DNA of 64,000 nucleotides from an uncultured Chloroflexia bacterium (GTDB lineage: Bacteria; Chloroflexota; Limnocylindria; Limnocylindrales; CSP1-4), in assembly GCA_963748625.1 (NCBI GenBank), contig CAVVJT010000010.1, positions 224,001 to 288,000 on the forward strand, given 5' to 3'. The notes beneath the pieces are model-generated. The model saw only the letters and a program-made list of their open reading frames with translations. It had not been told where the DNA came from and searched no databases. A program made the position numbers and the translations under genes. How positions within the stretch are numbered: position 1 is the stretch's first letter; every line of letters starts with the position of its first letter. Below are positions 1-9,234 of the stretch, piece after piece.

Positions 1-1
1 C

Positions 2-94
2 AAGGTCCCGATCCCCCTCGGTGATCTCGAGTCGTCCACCCCGGTCTGCAACGGCTGCACGGCCGCGCACATCTTCCGCGCGGACGAGGACTAG
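2..94 (+). CDS. 3' end of a hypothetical protein (partial, CxxC motif)
   Basis: Open frame KVPIPLGDLESSTPVCNGCTAAHIFRADED* with GC-rich codon usage, running in from the window edge. Confidence 0.55.
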   Translation, partial: KVPIPLGDLESSTPVCNGCTAAHIFRADED

Positions 95-129
95 CACCGG
101 ACACGCCGCGACGCGGCGAAGGGTGCGGT

Positions 130-162
130 GAGGCGCCAGCGAGGCAGCCTGTAAGCCGAGTT
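130..162. repeat. 33-bp direct repeat of the rnpB 3' end (att-like site)
   Basis: gaggcgccagcgaggcagcctgtaagccgagtt is identical to 3929-3961. Confidence 0.9.
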
Positions 163-455
163 GCTCCCGACGCCACGCTTGAGCGTGGAGCGGACCCGTC
201 CCGTGAGCGTGAGCCCGTCTATTCCGTCTACGCAGATCGAGCCCAACCGTATGCAGAAACGTATGCAACTCTGAGCACCCCCGGACGCTGCCGCTCCGAG
301 CTCTCCGGCCAGGGCCGGGATCGCCGTCGGCCCGCGGAGCCGTCCCGCGTGACGAGTGTCAGACGTCAATCGCGGATGCTGTGACCGTTGGCGCCTCATC
401 CGTCACCTCACCCGCGACCCCGAGCCCGCGCCACCGCCGGCAGCCGGGCGGTGGC

Positions 456-1007
456 CTACCCGACCGCCGACTCCCAGCGATCGCCCCACGACTGGAACTC
501 GGCGTTGATGACGCTCGAGTCCCATCCGCCCCCTCCGGCCGCTCCGACGATGTCCAACAGTTCCTTTGCCGCAATGCGGCTGTACCGGGCCATCGGAAGC
601 GCATCGAGGAGATGCGCGGCGTAGTCCAACGCTTCCTGGGTGAAGAACCCGCTGTCAAGGACCCGGTCCCAGTAGTCCAGGAACCAGTAGTGATCCCAGC
701 TATCCCAGTCCTGCACTCTCGCGGGCTCGCCCGACTGAGCGTAATCGACGATGCGCCGCGCTTCCCATACATCCGATACGCCCGCCATGATGCCCATGGT
801 CGCCCCAAGGGAGTCGCCGTCTATCCGGAAGACAGCACTCCCCTTCGGGGGGGGCCAGCCTGGTGCCCAGTCGACCGAGGTCACATCACGGAGGTCGACC
901 CACCGTTCGCTCTGGAGATCGATGGCCCGATAGTTGGTGACGACGAGGTTGCCGGTGGACTTGCCGATCTCCTCGCCTGGATCGAGCGGAAACTCCCCGA
1001 CCTTCAT
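456..1007 (-). CDS. Hypothetical protein (islet)
   Basis: 183-aa ORF with globular composition; start overlaps the upstream stop (ATGA). Confidence 0.6.
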   Translation of the reverse strand: MKVGEFPLDPGEEIGKSTGNLVVTNYRAIDLQSERWVDLRDVTSVDWAPGWPPPKGSAVFRIDGDSLGATMGIMAGVSDVWEARRIVDYAQSGEPARVQDWDSWDHYWFLDYWDRVLDSGFFTQEALDYAAHLLDALPMARYSRIAAKELLDIVGAAGGGGWDSSVINAEFQSWGDRWESAVG

Positions 1008-1174
1008 CGTCGACGGGAGGCTGCGGGCTGAGGAGCCCCTTCCGAGATGTCGAACTGCGAAGTCGGCCGGTCAACCAGATCTGGTATGGCAGCGGTATCG
1101 GCCGTGACCGTCCCTCCGCTATCCATGACGAGGCGGTACCGAAACATGTCGTCGATGCTGAATGGTCTCGACAT
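1004..1174 (-). CDS. Small hypothetical protein (56 aa, MSRPFSIDDMFRYRL...)
   Basis: Strong RBS GGGAGGGG before the ATG; stop is translationally coupled to the next ORF. Confidence 0.4.
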   Translation of the reverse strand: MSRPFSIDDMFRYRLVMDSGGTVTADTAAIPDLVDRPTSQFDISEGAPQPAASRRR

Positions 1175-1313
1175 CAATCACCCCTCCCGGTTTGTGTCTG
1201 ACTGGCACGCACCGTGGGCCGAAGGGGACGAACACACCAAAAGGCGGACAGGCCGCGCTGGGCGAAGTCTCGGTGCCCGACCCTCAGAAGTGCCCTGCGC
1301 CAGCTGAACTAGC

Positions 1314-1571
1314 TCAGTAGGGCAGTAGAACGCGTTGCCGTTCATCCTCCAGCCGTGCATACCAGCTGGAGGCGTCATTCTGTGTCGCGAGGCCATCTAC
1401 CAGTTTCAACCGCGTCCCGGACATCCGAATCCCAACGGAGTAGGGGCCAGGGTGTTCCCCGATGTCGCCGGCGTCGAGGGTCGCGCTGCTGAGGCAGACC
1501 GGATGGAACCAGTAGCTGTGAAACTCGATTCGGGGCGGACCGTCCTCGCGCCCGCAACTGATGCAGCTCAC
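1314..1571 (-). CDS. Small protein with possible Zn-binding motif (CxxC...HxxC)
   Basis: RBS AGGAGG upstream of GTG; MSCISCG...FHPVC. Confidence 0.55.
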   Translation of the reverse strand: MSCISCGREDGPPRIEFHSYWFHPVCLSSATLDAGDIGEHPGPYSVGIRMSGTRLKLVDGLATQNDASSWYARLEDERQRVLLPY

Positions 1572-1804
1572 TTTGCCTCCTCCTTTGCGGGGACGAGCGC
1601 CAATGTCCTGGACGAACTGCAGACAGCCACTCAGGCTGTCGATCTAGCGGCGAGCCCCGTGCGTTGCCTTGACCGGGGACGTTTCACCAGCATACGGGAC
1701 GCGAGAGGCTCGCCGCAGGGCGCCTCGTGGAAAGGTCGCCGCCTCAACTTGAGGGCTGAAGGTGGGTCCGGACACATAGGCGACATTGGCCGGCGCCGCG
1801 GGGC

Positions 1805-2788
1805 TCACGTTCGCGCCGACACGACTGCAGCCGGCGACCGCACCAGGGAGACCAGGAGCACCGAGACCATCACCGGGACGACCAGCCACGCGCCGAACCG
1901 AAGGCCGCCGCCCGCGTTGCCCGCGAGCGCGGGCAAGCCGTAAAGCAGAGTCCCAGACCACACTAGGGAGGCGACTGCGGCAAGGGCGGCGATTGCCATG
2001 CCGCGCCGCCGGCGCCATCGCACCGAGGCGGCGCCCGCGATCAAGAGCAGTGCCAAGCCGATGGAGAGACCCCCGAAGACCACGTACTGCGGGTCATTCG
2101 GACTCGCGACGATGAGGGCGATACCTGCGAGTCCGGGCAGGCACGCCTCGAACAGGAGTAGCCATACGGTGCTCTCCACGCGCCAACTCTCACCGGCAGA
2201 CGCGGAGCGAAACAGTGGCAGGAGTGCCGGGACGAGCAGGAGCCCTACGATCGGCGGAACCTGGCCGAGGGCGATCGCCCCGACGAGGACTAGTACGAGG
2301 CCGAGGGCAACCAGACCACGCACGCTCAGCGGCAGGCGAGACTGCGAGCGTGACCCTGGCCTCGGGGCATTCCATTGCGCAGTAGCCGGTCGCGCTCCAT
2401 ACCTGTCACCGTCCGTCCGCGGGGTCCCCCGATGGCCCTCGTCACGCCACCTCGCACGCTGGTGATCGCGGCCTGCATCCTGCCCGCCGGCTCCCGGTGG
2501 GCCGGTGGGCTCGGGCCTCGGCGGAGCGGCGGCGGCCCCAGACCCGCCGCGTTCGGCCTGACGGCGGGCTTCGATGAGCAGGTCCCGGTCGTACGCCGTA
2601 CGTTTGGCAGGGTCACGCAGGATGGTGATGATCGCGTTCAGCTCGGCGGACGACTTCGTGCGGCGGTGCGTGTCGCGAGGGTCCTGGTTGAGATCGGGGT
2701 GAATGAGGCGAATCCGCTCGCGATACGCCAGTTCGATCTCTTCGATCGATGCACCGGGCGAGACCCCGAGGATCGCGTAGTAGTCCAA
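1805..2788 (-). CDS. J-domain (DnaJ-like) membrane protein
   Basis: N-terminal DYYAILGV...HPD motif, Pro/Gly linker, several C-terminal hydrophobic helices. Confidence 0.8.
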   Translation of the reverse strand: MDYYAILGVSPGASIEEIELAYRERIRLIHPDLNQDPRDTHRRTKSSAELNAIITILRDPAKRTAYDRDLLIEARRQAERGGSGAAAAPPRPEPTGPPGAGGQDAGRDHQRARWRDEGHRGTPRTDGDRYGARPATAQWNAPRPGSRSQSRLPLSVRGLVALGLVLVLVGAIALGQVPPIVGLLLVPALLPLFRSASAGESWRVESTVWLLLFEACLPGLAGIALIVASPNDPQYVVFGGLSIGLALLLIAGAASVRWRRRRGMAIAALAAVASLVWSGTLLYGLPALAGNAGGGLRFGAWLVVPVMVSVLLVSLVRSPAAVVSART

Positions 2789-2999
2789 GCTCCCGCATCC
2801 GCTCCGTGCAATCCGGCGGCCGGATCGAGCATCGACGAAGGGGCGGGGAGCAGTCCCATTCGCCGGTGACTATACGACTAGTCCCGTTGGGCTTGAGCGC
2901 AGATCCGACGGCTCCGCGGGAGGCCAGCCGGCGGCAAGACTACGAGTTGGCGGCGTACCCTGCGTGGCACCAGCGCCGATCGGAGGATGGACGACAGCC

Positions 3000-3227
3000 A
3001 TGGGTCTCTCGGAGGGGATCACCGGACACTGGATCAAGTTGGTCGGACGCGAGCCGACCGATCCCGAGCAACTGGATCTCCTGACGCTCGTCCAAACGAA
3101 CGGCGAGGCCCGGGTCCTGACATGCCTCTCCGGCTACTTGGAGCTCCGCCCTAGGGAGCGGCCCGGCACGGTCGGCGCCCAGGAGTTGATGGCGTTCCTC
3201 AGCCTGTGCGCAGACGTGGTGCTCTGA
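3000..3227 (+). CDS. Small hypothetical protein (islet)
   Basis: 75-aa ORF with GGAGG upstream; no recognised motif. Confidence 0.35.
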   Translation: MGLSEGITGHWIKLVGREPTDPEQLDLLTLVQTNGEARVLTCLSGYLELRPRERPGTVGAQELMAFLSLCADVVL

Positions 3228-3612
3228 GCCTTCACGCAGTCGAGTCGCTGGCGCTCGATCGGCGGACCGAGACTCCATCGAGGCCAACACCCGTGGCAGC
3301 GCAGGAGCCTCATACCGCTCGGGTGCCTGCGGTCGCGGTGGAGATCGAAGAGCATCCGGCCGAACAGCTGCCGCTCCCCCTCCATGCAGAACCAGCCTGG
3401 GTTCTGACCTGCGACGACGAAACGCTCAGTCCGGGTCATCGACTCCACGTCGCCAGGCCACGGCTCACGCACGCCCAACGGCAGCCGGGTGCCGGTTTCG
3501 GTGTCGAACAGGATGCGGAGGCCGGCCAGGACCAACTCCTCGACGCGCGCGGACGCGCGCGTCGGTCGCGCTCGAAGGCCTCGAGGTCGGGGTCGATCAC
3601 CGGTTCCGACAT
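3134..3612 (-). pseudogene. Frameshifted gene fragment
   Basis: AGGAGG plus ATG at 3612 (MSEPVIDPDLEAFER); reading continues in another frame (VEELVLAGLRILFD...). Confidence 0.3.
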
Positions 3613-3933
3613 CGGACCTCCTGGCTCAGCTCGTGAATGCGCGCCTGCACCGGGCCCAGACTAGTTGTCAAGCTGGCGGGCCGTACCGCATACCGGTAAG
3701 CACGCTGCGAGGCTGTGACCGGCAGCGGCGGGCCCGTGCGACCTCACTCGGCGATCCCCCGCCAACTCCTCAGATTCTAACTTGCGGGCCCACGAGGGCA
3801 GCCGACGAGGTGTCGGGAGTCGCCGACTGCTCCTACCGGACCTCGACGAGGTCGCCACCTAGTCCCCAACCGTACGCGGGCCCTCCGAGCGAAGCCGCCA
3901 GGGGGCCATTTCACGCACGAAATTATGGGAGGC

Positions 3934-4284
3934 GCCAGCGAGGCAGCCTGTAAGCCGAGTTCTGTATCACGACCTTGCGGTCGCGATGACGGTCATCCAT
4001 CTGAGGCCGCCGGTTGCCCGACGGCTCATGCAGCCGACCCGAGGGCTGGGCAGCGCACCTCTCCCCCCGGCGAACCGGGGTTGCGCCCTCCTATTTGGCC
4101 TTGCTCCGGGTGGAGTTTGCCGCGTTTCACTCCGGCACCCGAGGGGCCGGCATCGTCACTGTGGCACTGGTCCTCGCCTCACGGCGGACGGGCGTTACCC
4201 GCCACCCTGCGCTGGGGAGCTCGGACTTTCCTCAGGCCGCCCGGTTGCCCGGCCGACCCGCGACCATCCGGCCGCCTCGCTGGC
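3934..4284 (-). ncRNA. rnpB: RNase P RNA
   Basis: Conserved GAGGAAAGUCC, CAGUGCCACAG, GAGCAAGGCCAAAUAG and ACAGAACUCGGCUUA motifs; P1 pairing gccagcgaggcggcc/ggctgcctcgctggc; TACACT -10 box at 4291-4296. Confidence 0.97.
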
Positions 4285-4329
4285 TCGTGAAGTGTAGGCG
4301 CGACCGGGTAATCCCGGGCGACAACCGGT

Positions 4330-4761
4330 TCAGGGCGTCACGAACACCAGGGTCTCGCCGCCCTCCGTGGTCAGGCGCAGGTTGCCGGTGCCCGTATCGA
4401 TCTCGAACCGGGGGCTCCCTTCGACCACGCCGAGCAGGGCCGCCTCCTGACTCGCGACGGCCCCAGCGCAGGGCACGGGCTGGAGCTGCTCGGAGTCGAG
4501 CAGGATGCGATTGCCGTCGAGGTGGTATGTGCCGCCGCCGCTCTGGCAACCCGTGTGCACCGTGAACCGGCCGTCCGTCCCGAAGCTCACGCCGATGACC
4601 CCGTCGGGGTCGACCGCCGGCGCGGTCCCCACCTGGACGATCTTCCACGGCCTGTCCACGAGGACGTCGCTCGTGGTGAGGCATCCGGCTACGACCAGCA
4701 CACAGGCAACGAGGCCTGCAGCGAGGCCCGCAGGGCCTGCGGGACGCCCGGGAGCCCTCAC
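4330..4761 (-). CDS. META-domain (HslJ-like) lipoprotein
   Basis: Lipobox VAGC; pattern W...F..DG.F...TGC....G.Y...C; GTGA overlap with the upstream gene. Confidence 0.75.
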   Translation of the reverse strand: MRAPGRPAGPAGLAAGLVACVLVVAGCLTTSDVLVDRPWKIVQVGTAPAVDPDGVIGVSFGTDGRFTVHTGCQSGGGTYHLDGNRILLDSEQLQPVPCAGAVASQEAALLGVVEGSPRFEIDTGTGNLRLTTEGGETLVFVTP

Positions 4762-5396
4762 CCCACCAGTTCCCGCACCGCCGCAGCGACCGCATGGCCC
4801 AGCGCGGCGTGTCCTGCCGGGGGGAGATGCACCCCGTCCGCTGGATCCACAGTCGCGACGGTGGCGGCATCGAGGAACCCGACGCCGCGCATCGCGGCGA
4901 CCGTGGCGTACAGGCGCGCCATCGCCAGGCCCTTGGCCCGCGCCTCGCCGAAGCCCCACAGCTCCGAGCGCTCGGTCACCTCACCGGGTGGAGGCGGCGC
5001 CACGAGCAGCACCTTGGGCGCACCGCCGCCGATGCCCGCCCCGGAGCGCAGCACGACCTCCACGAGGGTCCGCACGCCGGACGCGATCTCGGCCGCCGTC
5101 CGTCCGAAGATGGTCTTCGTGTCGTTGGTGCCCAGCATCAGCACGACGACCTCCACCGGGGCGTGGGTCTCGAGGCAGGGCCCGAGGTAGTCGAGCCCGT
5201 TCCGGCCGGGGAGGTACGGGTCGTCCCAGATGGTCGTGCGCCCGTTCAGCCCCTCCTCGATCACCTGGTGGGCCGGGCCGAGCGCGGCGGCCAGCACGCC
5301 GGGCCACCGGACCGCGCGGTCGAAGCGCCCGCCCGTGATCGACGAGCAGTCGAAGCCGTGGGTGTTCGAGTCGCCGTAACAGAGCACGACTGCCAT
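4758..5396 (-). CDS. SGNH/GDSL hydrolase
   Basis: GDSNT, GLNG, GTND and DGVH blocks. Confidence 0.92.
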   Translation of the reverse strand: MAVVLCYGDSNTHGFDCSSITGGRFDRAVRWPGVLAAALGPAHQVIEEGLNGRTTIWDDPYLPGRNGLDYLGPCLETHAPVEVVVLMLGTNDTKTIFGRTAAEIASGVRTLVEVVLRSGAGIGGGAPKVLLVAPPPPGEVTERSELWGFGEARAKGLAMARLYATVAAMRGVGFLDAATVATVDPADGVHLPPAGHAALGHAVAAAVRELVG

Positions 5397-5408
5397 CGAG
5401 CCGACCTC

Positions 5409-5891
5409 CTACTCCGCTGGTGCGGTGCGCCTGATGCGGGCGACCCGCGCCGGACCACCGGCCGCGACGCGGTCGAGCGCCTCGTTCGCCAGCCGGTCCG
5501 CCGTCGAGTTCTGCTCGCGGGGCACGTGGGTCGCCGACCAGCGCGTGAAGCCGGCGAGCATCGCCTTCGCCTCCGCGTGGAGCGGCTGCAGCTTTGCGTC
5601 CTTGACCCGCCAGCGGCCGTGGAGCTGCTCCACGATCAGCTTGGAGTCCAGGTACATGTCCACGACCTCGGCGCCCAACCGCTGCGCGAGCTTGAGCGCC
5701 TCGACCACGCCGGTCCACTCGGCCACGTTGTTGGTCTGGTGGCCAAGCGCCTGTGAGATGGTGGCGTCGGGCGGCGCAGAGGGATGGCGCGCATCGGCAC
5801 GGGACCCGTCGATGAGCGCGGCACCCAGCGACGCCGGCCCGGGATTGCCCCGGGCCGCGCCATCGGTGCGGATGACCAGGTGCGGGATCAC
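5409..5891 (-). CDS. rnhA: Ribonuclease HI family protein
   Basis: DGAARGNPG, TNNVAE, DSKLIVEQ, HVPREQNSTAD. Confidence 0.9.
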   Translation of the reverse strand: MIPHLVIRTDGAARGNPGPASLGAALIDGSRADARHPSAPPDATISQALGHQTNNVAEWTGVVEALKLAQRLGAEVVDMYLDSKLIVEQLHGRWRVKDAKLQPLHAEAKAMLAGFTRWSATHVPREQNSTADRLANEALDRVAAGGPARVARIRRTAPAE

Positions 5892-5935
5892 CGGGAGCGG
5901 AACCCCCTCGGACCCCGCTCCCCCACCCTGCGCGC

Positions 5936-6637
5936 TCAGACCCTGCGGCCCGTGATCGCCCGGGAGACCTCGAGGATCGCCTGGGTGATGTGGATGTCGC
6001 GCGGGCACGCGTCAACGCAGTTGAAGATCGTCCGGCAGCGCCAGACGCCGTCCTTGTCGGCCAGGATCTCCAGCCGCTCCTCGGCGTGGTCGTCGCGGGT
6101 GTCGAAGATGAACCGGTGTGCAGCCACGATCGCCGCCGGACCCACGTACTCGGGCCTGGCCCAGAACGAGGGGCAGGACGTCGTGCATGCGGCGCACAGG
6201 ATGCACTTGGTGGTGTCGTCGTAGCGGGCCCGGTCCTCCGCGGACTGCCGCCGTTCCCGCGTGGGCGGGTCGGCATCGGCCTGGAGGTACGGCTGGACGC
6301 TCCGGAACTTCGCGAAGAAGCCCTCCATGTCCACCACCAGGTCCTTCATCACCGGGAGGCCGGCGAGCGGCGCCACGGTGATGCGCTTGCCGCCCAGCTG
6401 GTTGACCCGGATCTTGCAGGCCAGGCGGTTGCGCCCGTTGATGCGCATGGCGTCGGAGCCGCACACCCCGTGGGCGCAGGACCGGCGGAACGTGAGTGTT
6501 CCGTCCTGCTCGTACTTGACCTTGTGGAGGAGGTCCAGGACGCGGTCCATCGGGCTCGCGTCAACCTGGTAGGTCTCCTCGTGGGGCTTCTGGTCGCGCT
6601 CGGGGTCGTAGCGGAGGATCCGCAGCTCGATCTGCAT
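5936..6637 (-). CDS. sdhB: Succinate dehydrogenase iron-sulfur subunit
   Basis: RSCAHGVCGSD, CILCAACTTSCP, CRTIFNCVDACP. Confidence 0.97.
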   Translation of the reverse strand: MQIELRILRYDPERDQKPHEETYQVDASPMDRVLDLLHKVKYEQDGTLTFRRSCAHGVCGSDAMRINGRNRLACKIRVNQLGGKRITVAPLAGLPVMKDLVVDMEGFFAKFRSVQPYLQADADPPTRERRQSAEDRARYDDTTKCILCAACTTSCPSFWARPEYVGPAAIVAAHRFIFDTRDDHAEERLEILADKDGVWRCRTIFNCVDACPRDIHITQAILEVSRAITGRRV

Positions 6638-6653
6638 CGTCGTCTCCCCCGCC

Positions 6654-8402
6654 CTAGTAGACACGCGGCTTGGGCTGGAACTTGGTGATGGTCACCGGCT
6701 TGTAGGCCAGCTCCACACCACCGTCCGCACCCGGCGTCGCGAGTGAATGGGACAGGAAGTTGACATCGTCGCGCTCGGGGAAGTCCTCGCGGCTGTGCGC
6801 CCCGCGGCTCTCCTTGCGGTCGATGCAGGCGGCGACCATCGTCTGGGCGCAGTCGAGGAGGTAGCCCACCTCGCGCGCCTCGAGGATGTCCGTGTTGAAG
6901 GTGGTCCCCTTGTCGTCCACGCTGACGCTCCGGTAGCGCTCGCGCAGCTCGTCCACCTTGACGCGGGCGCGCTCCAGGCCCTCCGCGGTCCGGTAGACGC
7001 CGGCGTCGTCCATCATCACGTCGGCCAGCTCCGTGCGGATGGCCTCCTTGCGCTCGCCCTTCGGGCGACTCCGGAGCGCGTCGAGCTCGGCGCGGACCGG
7101 GTCGGCGGCCGACTCGGCCACATCCGGCAGGTCCACGCCCTTGATGTCCCTCACCATCTGGCGGCCTGAGCGCCGTCCGAACACCAGCAGGTCCACCAGC
7201 GAGTTCGTCCCCAGGCGGTTGGCGCCATGGACGGACACGCAGGCCGCCTCGCCCGCCGCGTACAGGCCCGGGATCACGGTGTTCGCCGCGTCACGGGTGG
7301 CCTGGGCGTTGAGGTTCGTCGGGATGCCGCCCATCGCGTAGTGCGCCGTAGGCTGGATCGGAATGGGATCCGTGTAGGGCTCGATCCCCTGGTACACCCG
7401 GACGAAGTCCGTGATGTCGGGCAGCTTCTCGTCGATCTTCTTGCGGCCGAGATGGCGCAGGTCCAGGTACACGTAGTCCTTGCCGTCGATGCCACGGCCG
7501 GCCCGGATCTCCTGGTGGATCGCCCGGCTGACCATGTCGCGCGGCGCCAGCTCCATGAGCTTGGGAGCGTAGCGCTCCATGAACCGGAAGCCGTCGTTGT
7601 CGAGCAGGTACGCGCCCTCGCCTCGGGCGGCCTCGGACAGCAGGATCCCGATGCCCACGATGCCGGTGGGATGGAACTGGTAGAACTCCATGTCCTGCAT
7701 CGGCACGCCGTGGCGGTACGCCAGTGACACGCCGTCGCCGGTGAGGCTCCAGGCGTTCGAGGTGACGCGGAACATCCGCCCGAAGCCACCGGTCGCCAGG
7801 AGGACCGCCTTGGAGCGCAGGGTCACCAGCTCGCCGTCGGCGATGCGGTAGGCCACGACGCCCGCGGCGCGCCCGCCCTCGCCCAGCTCGCCACCCTCGG
7901 TGACGAGGTCCACGACGTGGTACTCGTCGTAGAACTTGACGCCGTACTTCACGCACTGCTGGTACAGCGTCTGGAGGATCATGTGGCCGGTGCGGTCCGC
8001 TGCGAAGCAGGCCCGCATGACCGGACCCTCACCATAGTTGCGGGTATGCCCGCCGAACCGGCGCTGGTCGATCTTGCCGTCGGGGGTCCGGTTGAACGGG
8101 AGCCCCATGTGCTCCAGCTCGATCACCGTCTCGATGGCCTCGCGGGCGAGCACCTCCGCCGCGTCCTGGTCGACCAGGTAGTCGCCACCCTTGATGGTGT
8201 CGAACATGTGCCACTCCCAGTGGTCCTCCTCCTGGTTTCCGAGGGCGGCACAGACACCGCCCTGGGCGGCGCCGGTATGGGAGCGGGTGGGATAGAGCTT
8301 CGTCAGGACGGCGCTGTCCACGCCGGCCTTCGCCAGCTCGAGGGCGGCCCAGAGGCCGGCGCCACCGGCGCCGACGACCAGGGCGTCGTGGTCCTTGATC
8401 AT
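6654..8402 (-). CDS. sdhA: Succinate dehydrogenase flavoprotein subunit
   Basis: GAGGAG, RSHTGAAQGG, QFHPT, HGANRLGTNSL, ESRGAH. Confidence 0.97.
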   Translation of the reverse strand: MIKDHDALVVGAGGAGLWAALELAKAGVDSAVLTKLYPTRSHTGAAQGGVCAALGNQEEDHWEWHMFDTIKGGDYLVDQDAAEVLAREAIETVIELEHMGLPFNRTPDGKIDQRRFGGHTRNYGEGPVMRACFAADRTGHMILQTLYQQCVKYGVKFYDEYHVVDLVTEGGELGEGGRAAGVVAYRIADGELVTLRSKAVLLATGGFGRMFRVTSNAWSLTGDGVSLAYRHGVPMQDMEFYQFHPTGIVGIGILLSEAARGEGAYLLDNDGFRFMERYAPKLMELAPRDMVSRAIHQEIRAGRGIDGKDYVYLDLRHLGRKKIDEKLPDITDFVRVYQGIEPYTDPIPIQPTAHYAMGGIPTNLNAQATRDAANTVIPGLYAAGEAACVSVHGANRLGTNSLVDLLVFGRRSGRQMVRDIKGVDLPDVAESAADPVRAELDALRSRPKGERKEAIRTELADVMMDDAGVYRTAEGLERARVKVDELRERYRSVSVDDKGTTFNTDILEAREVGYLLDCAQTMVAACIDRKESRGAHSREDFPERDDVNFLSHSLATPGADGGVELAYKPVTITKFQPKPRVY

Positions 8403-8797
8403 GCGGGCACCTGCGGGAACGGCAGCGTGAAGACGACCATCGAGCCCATCGCCAGGAGCAGCAGGCCGACGAGATACAGGAGCATGGTGAGGGCGGTCCG
8501 GAGGCCGCCGCTGGTGTAGTCGCCGATCACCGTGCGGACGCCCATGAAGGCGTGGAACAGCACGAGCATCAGCATGAGCCAGTCGATGGTCCGCTGGGCC
8601 ATGCTCGCCCAGCGCACCGTGACCCACTGGGCGTCCTGGTAGGCGGGGTCGAACACGAAGTGGACGACGGTGTAGTGGGCCAGCGCGAGCACGAACAGCC
8701 CGATGCCGGAGAGCCGGATCAGGTACCAGATCGCGAGCTCCCAGCCGCTGCCCTGGGGGCGCGCCCGGCCGGCGCGGGTGACGCGGAAGGTACTCAT
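8399..8797 (-). CDS. sdhD: Succinate dehydrogenase membrane anchor
   Basis: Three TM helices; H...G.RTVIGDY motif; operon position. Confidence 0.88.
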   Translation of the reverse strand: MSTFRVTRAGRARPQGSGWELAIWYLIRLSGIGLFVLALAHYTVVHFVFDPAYQDAQWVTVRWASMAQRTIDWLMLMLVLFHAFMGVRTVIGDYTSGGLRTALTMLLYLVGLLLLAMGSMVVFTLPFPQVPA

Positions 8798-9180
8798 GAG
8801 CCGAACCTGAAGGGGGGCTCCATCCCGAAGGCGGGAGCCATGATCTGGATGAGGATCGGCAGGCCGATCACGACGAACAGGACCCAGTTGAGGTACCACA
8901 TCTGCTTGTGGTAGCGGGTCATCGCGGGCCAGAAGTCCATGATGATGATCCGCAGGCCGTTGAGCGCGTGGTACAGCAGGGCCGCGCCCAGGAGCGACTC
9001 AACGACCCGTCCGAACGGGCTGGCGTAGATCACCAGGACGTCGTTGTACAGGTCGGGGGCCGCGCCCACGAGCCAGATGTCCAGGACGTGGAGCAGGATG
9101 AACGCCCAGATGGCGACACCCGAGATGCGGTGGAACGCCCATGCAAGCATTCCCTCGCTGCCCCGATACCGCAGGAGCAT
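8794..9180 (-). CDS. sdhC: Succinate dehydrogenase cytochrome b subunit
   Basis: HRISG and HALNGLRII motifs. Confidence 0.92.
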   Translation of the reverse strand: MLLRYRGSEGMLAWAFHRISGVAIWAFILLHVLDIWLVGAAPDLYNDVLVIYASPFGRVVESLLGAALLYHALNGLRIIIMDFWPAMTRYHKQMWYLNWVLFVVIGLPILIQIMAPAFGMEPPFRFGS

Positions 9181-9234
9181 GGAGCCTCCGTTCCTCCGGC
9201 CCGCGTGCGCGGGTCGCCTGTGGTGGTCCGGCTC

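Larger units (their letters stand above)
130..3961. mobile_element. Degenerate genomic islet integrated at the rnpB 3' end (no integrase seen)
   Basis: Flanked by the 33-bp direct repeat; contains orphan ORFs with atypical codon usage and a frameshifted fragment. Confidence 0.7.

Noticed and set aside
91-399. Integrase remnant ORF at the islet end
   Set aside because: No recognisable tyrosine- or serine-recombinase motifs; CIRFCIR merely reflects the DNA repeat
3134-3612. Phage terminase fragment
   Set aside because: Only a vague resemblance with no intact Walker A motif, so it is left as an unassigned fragment
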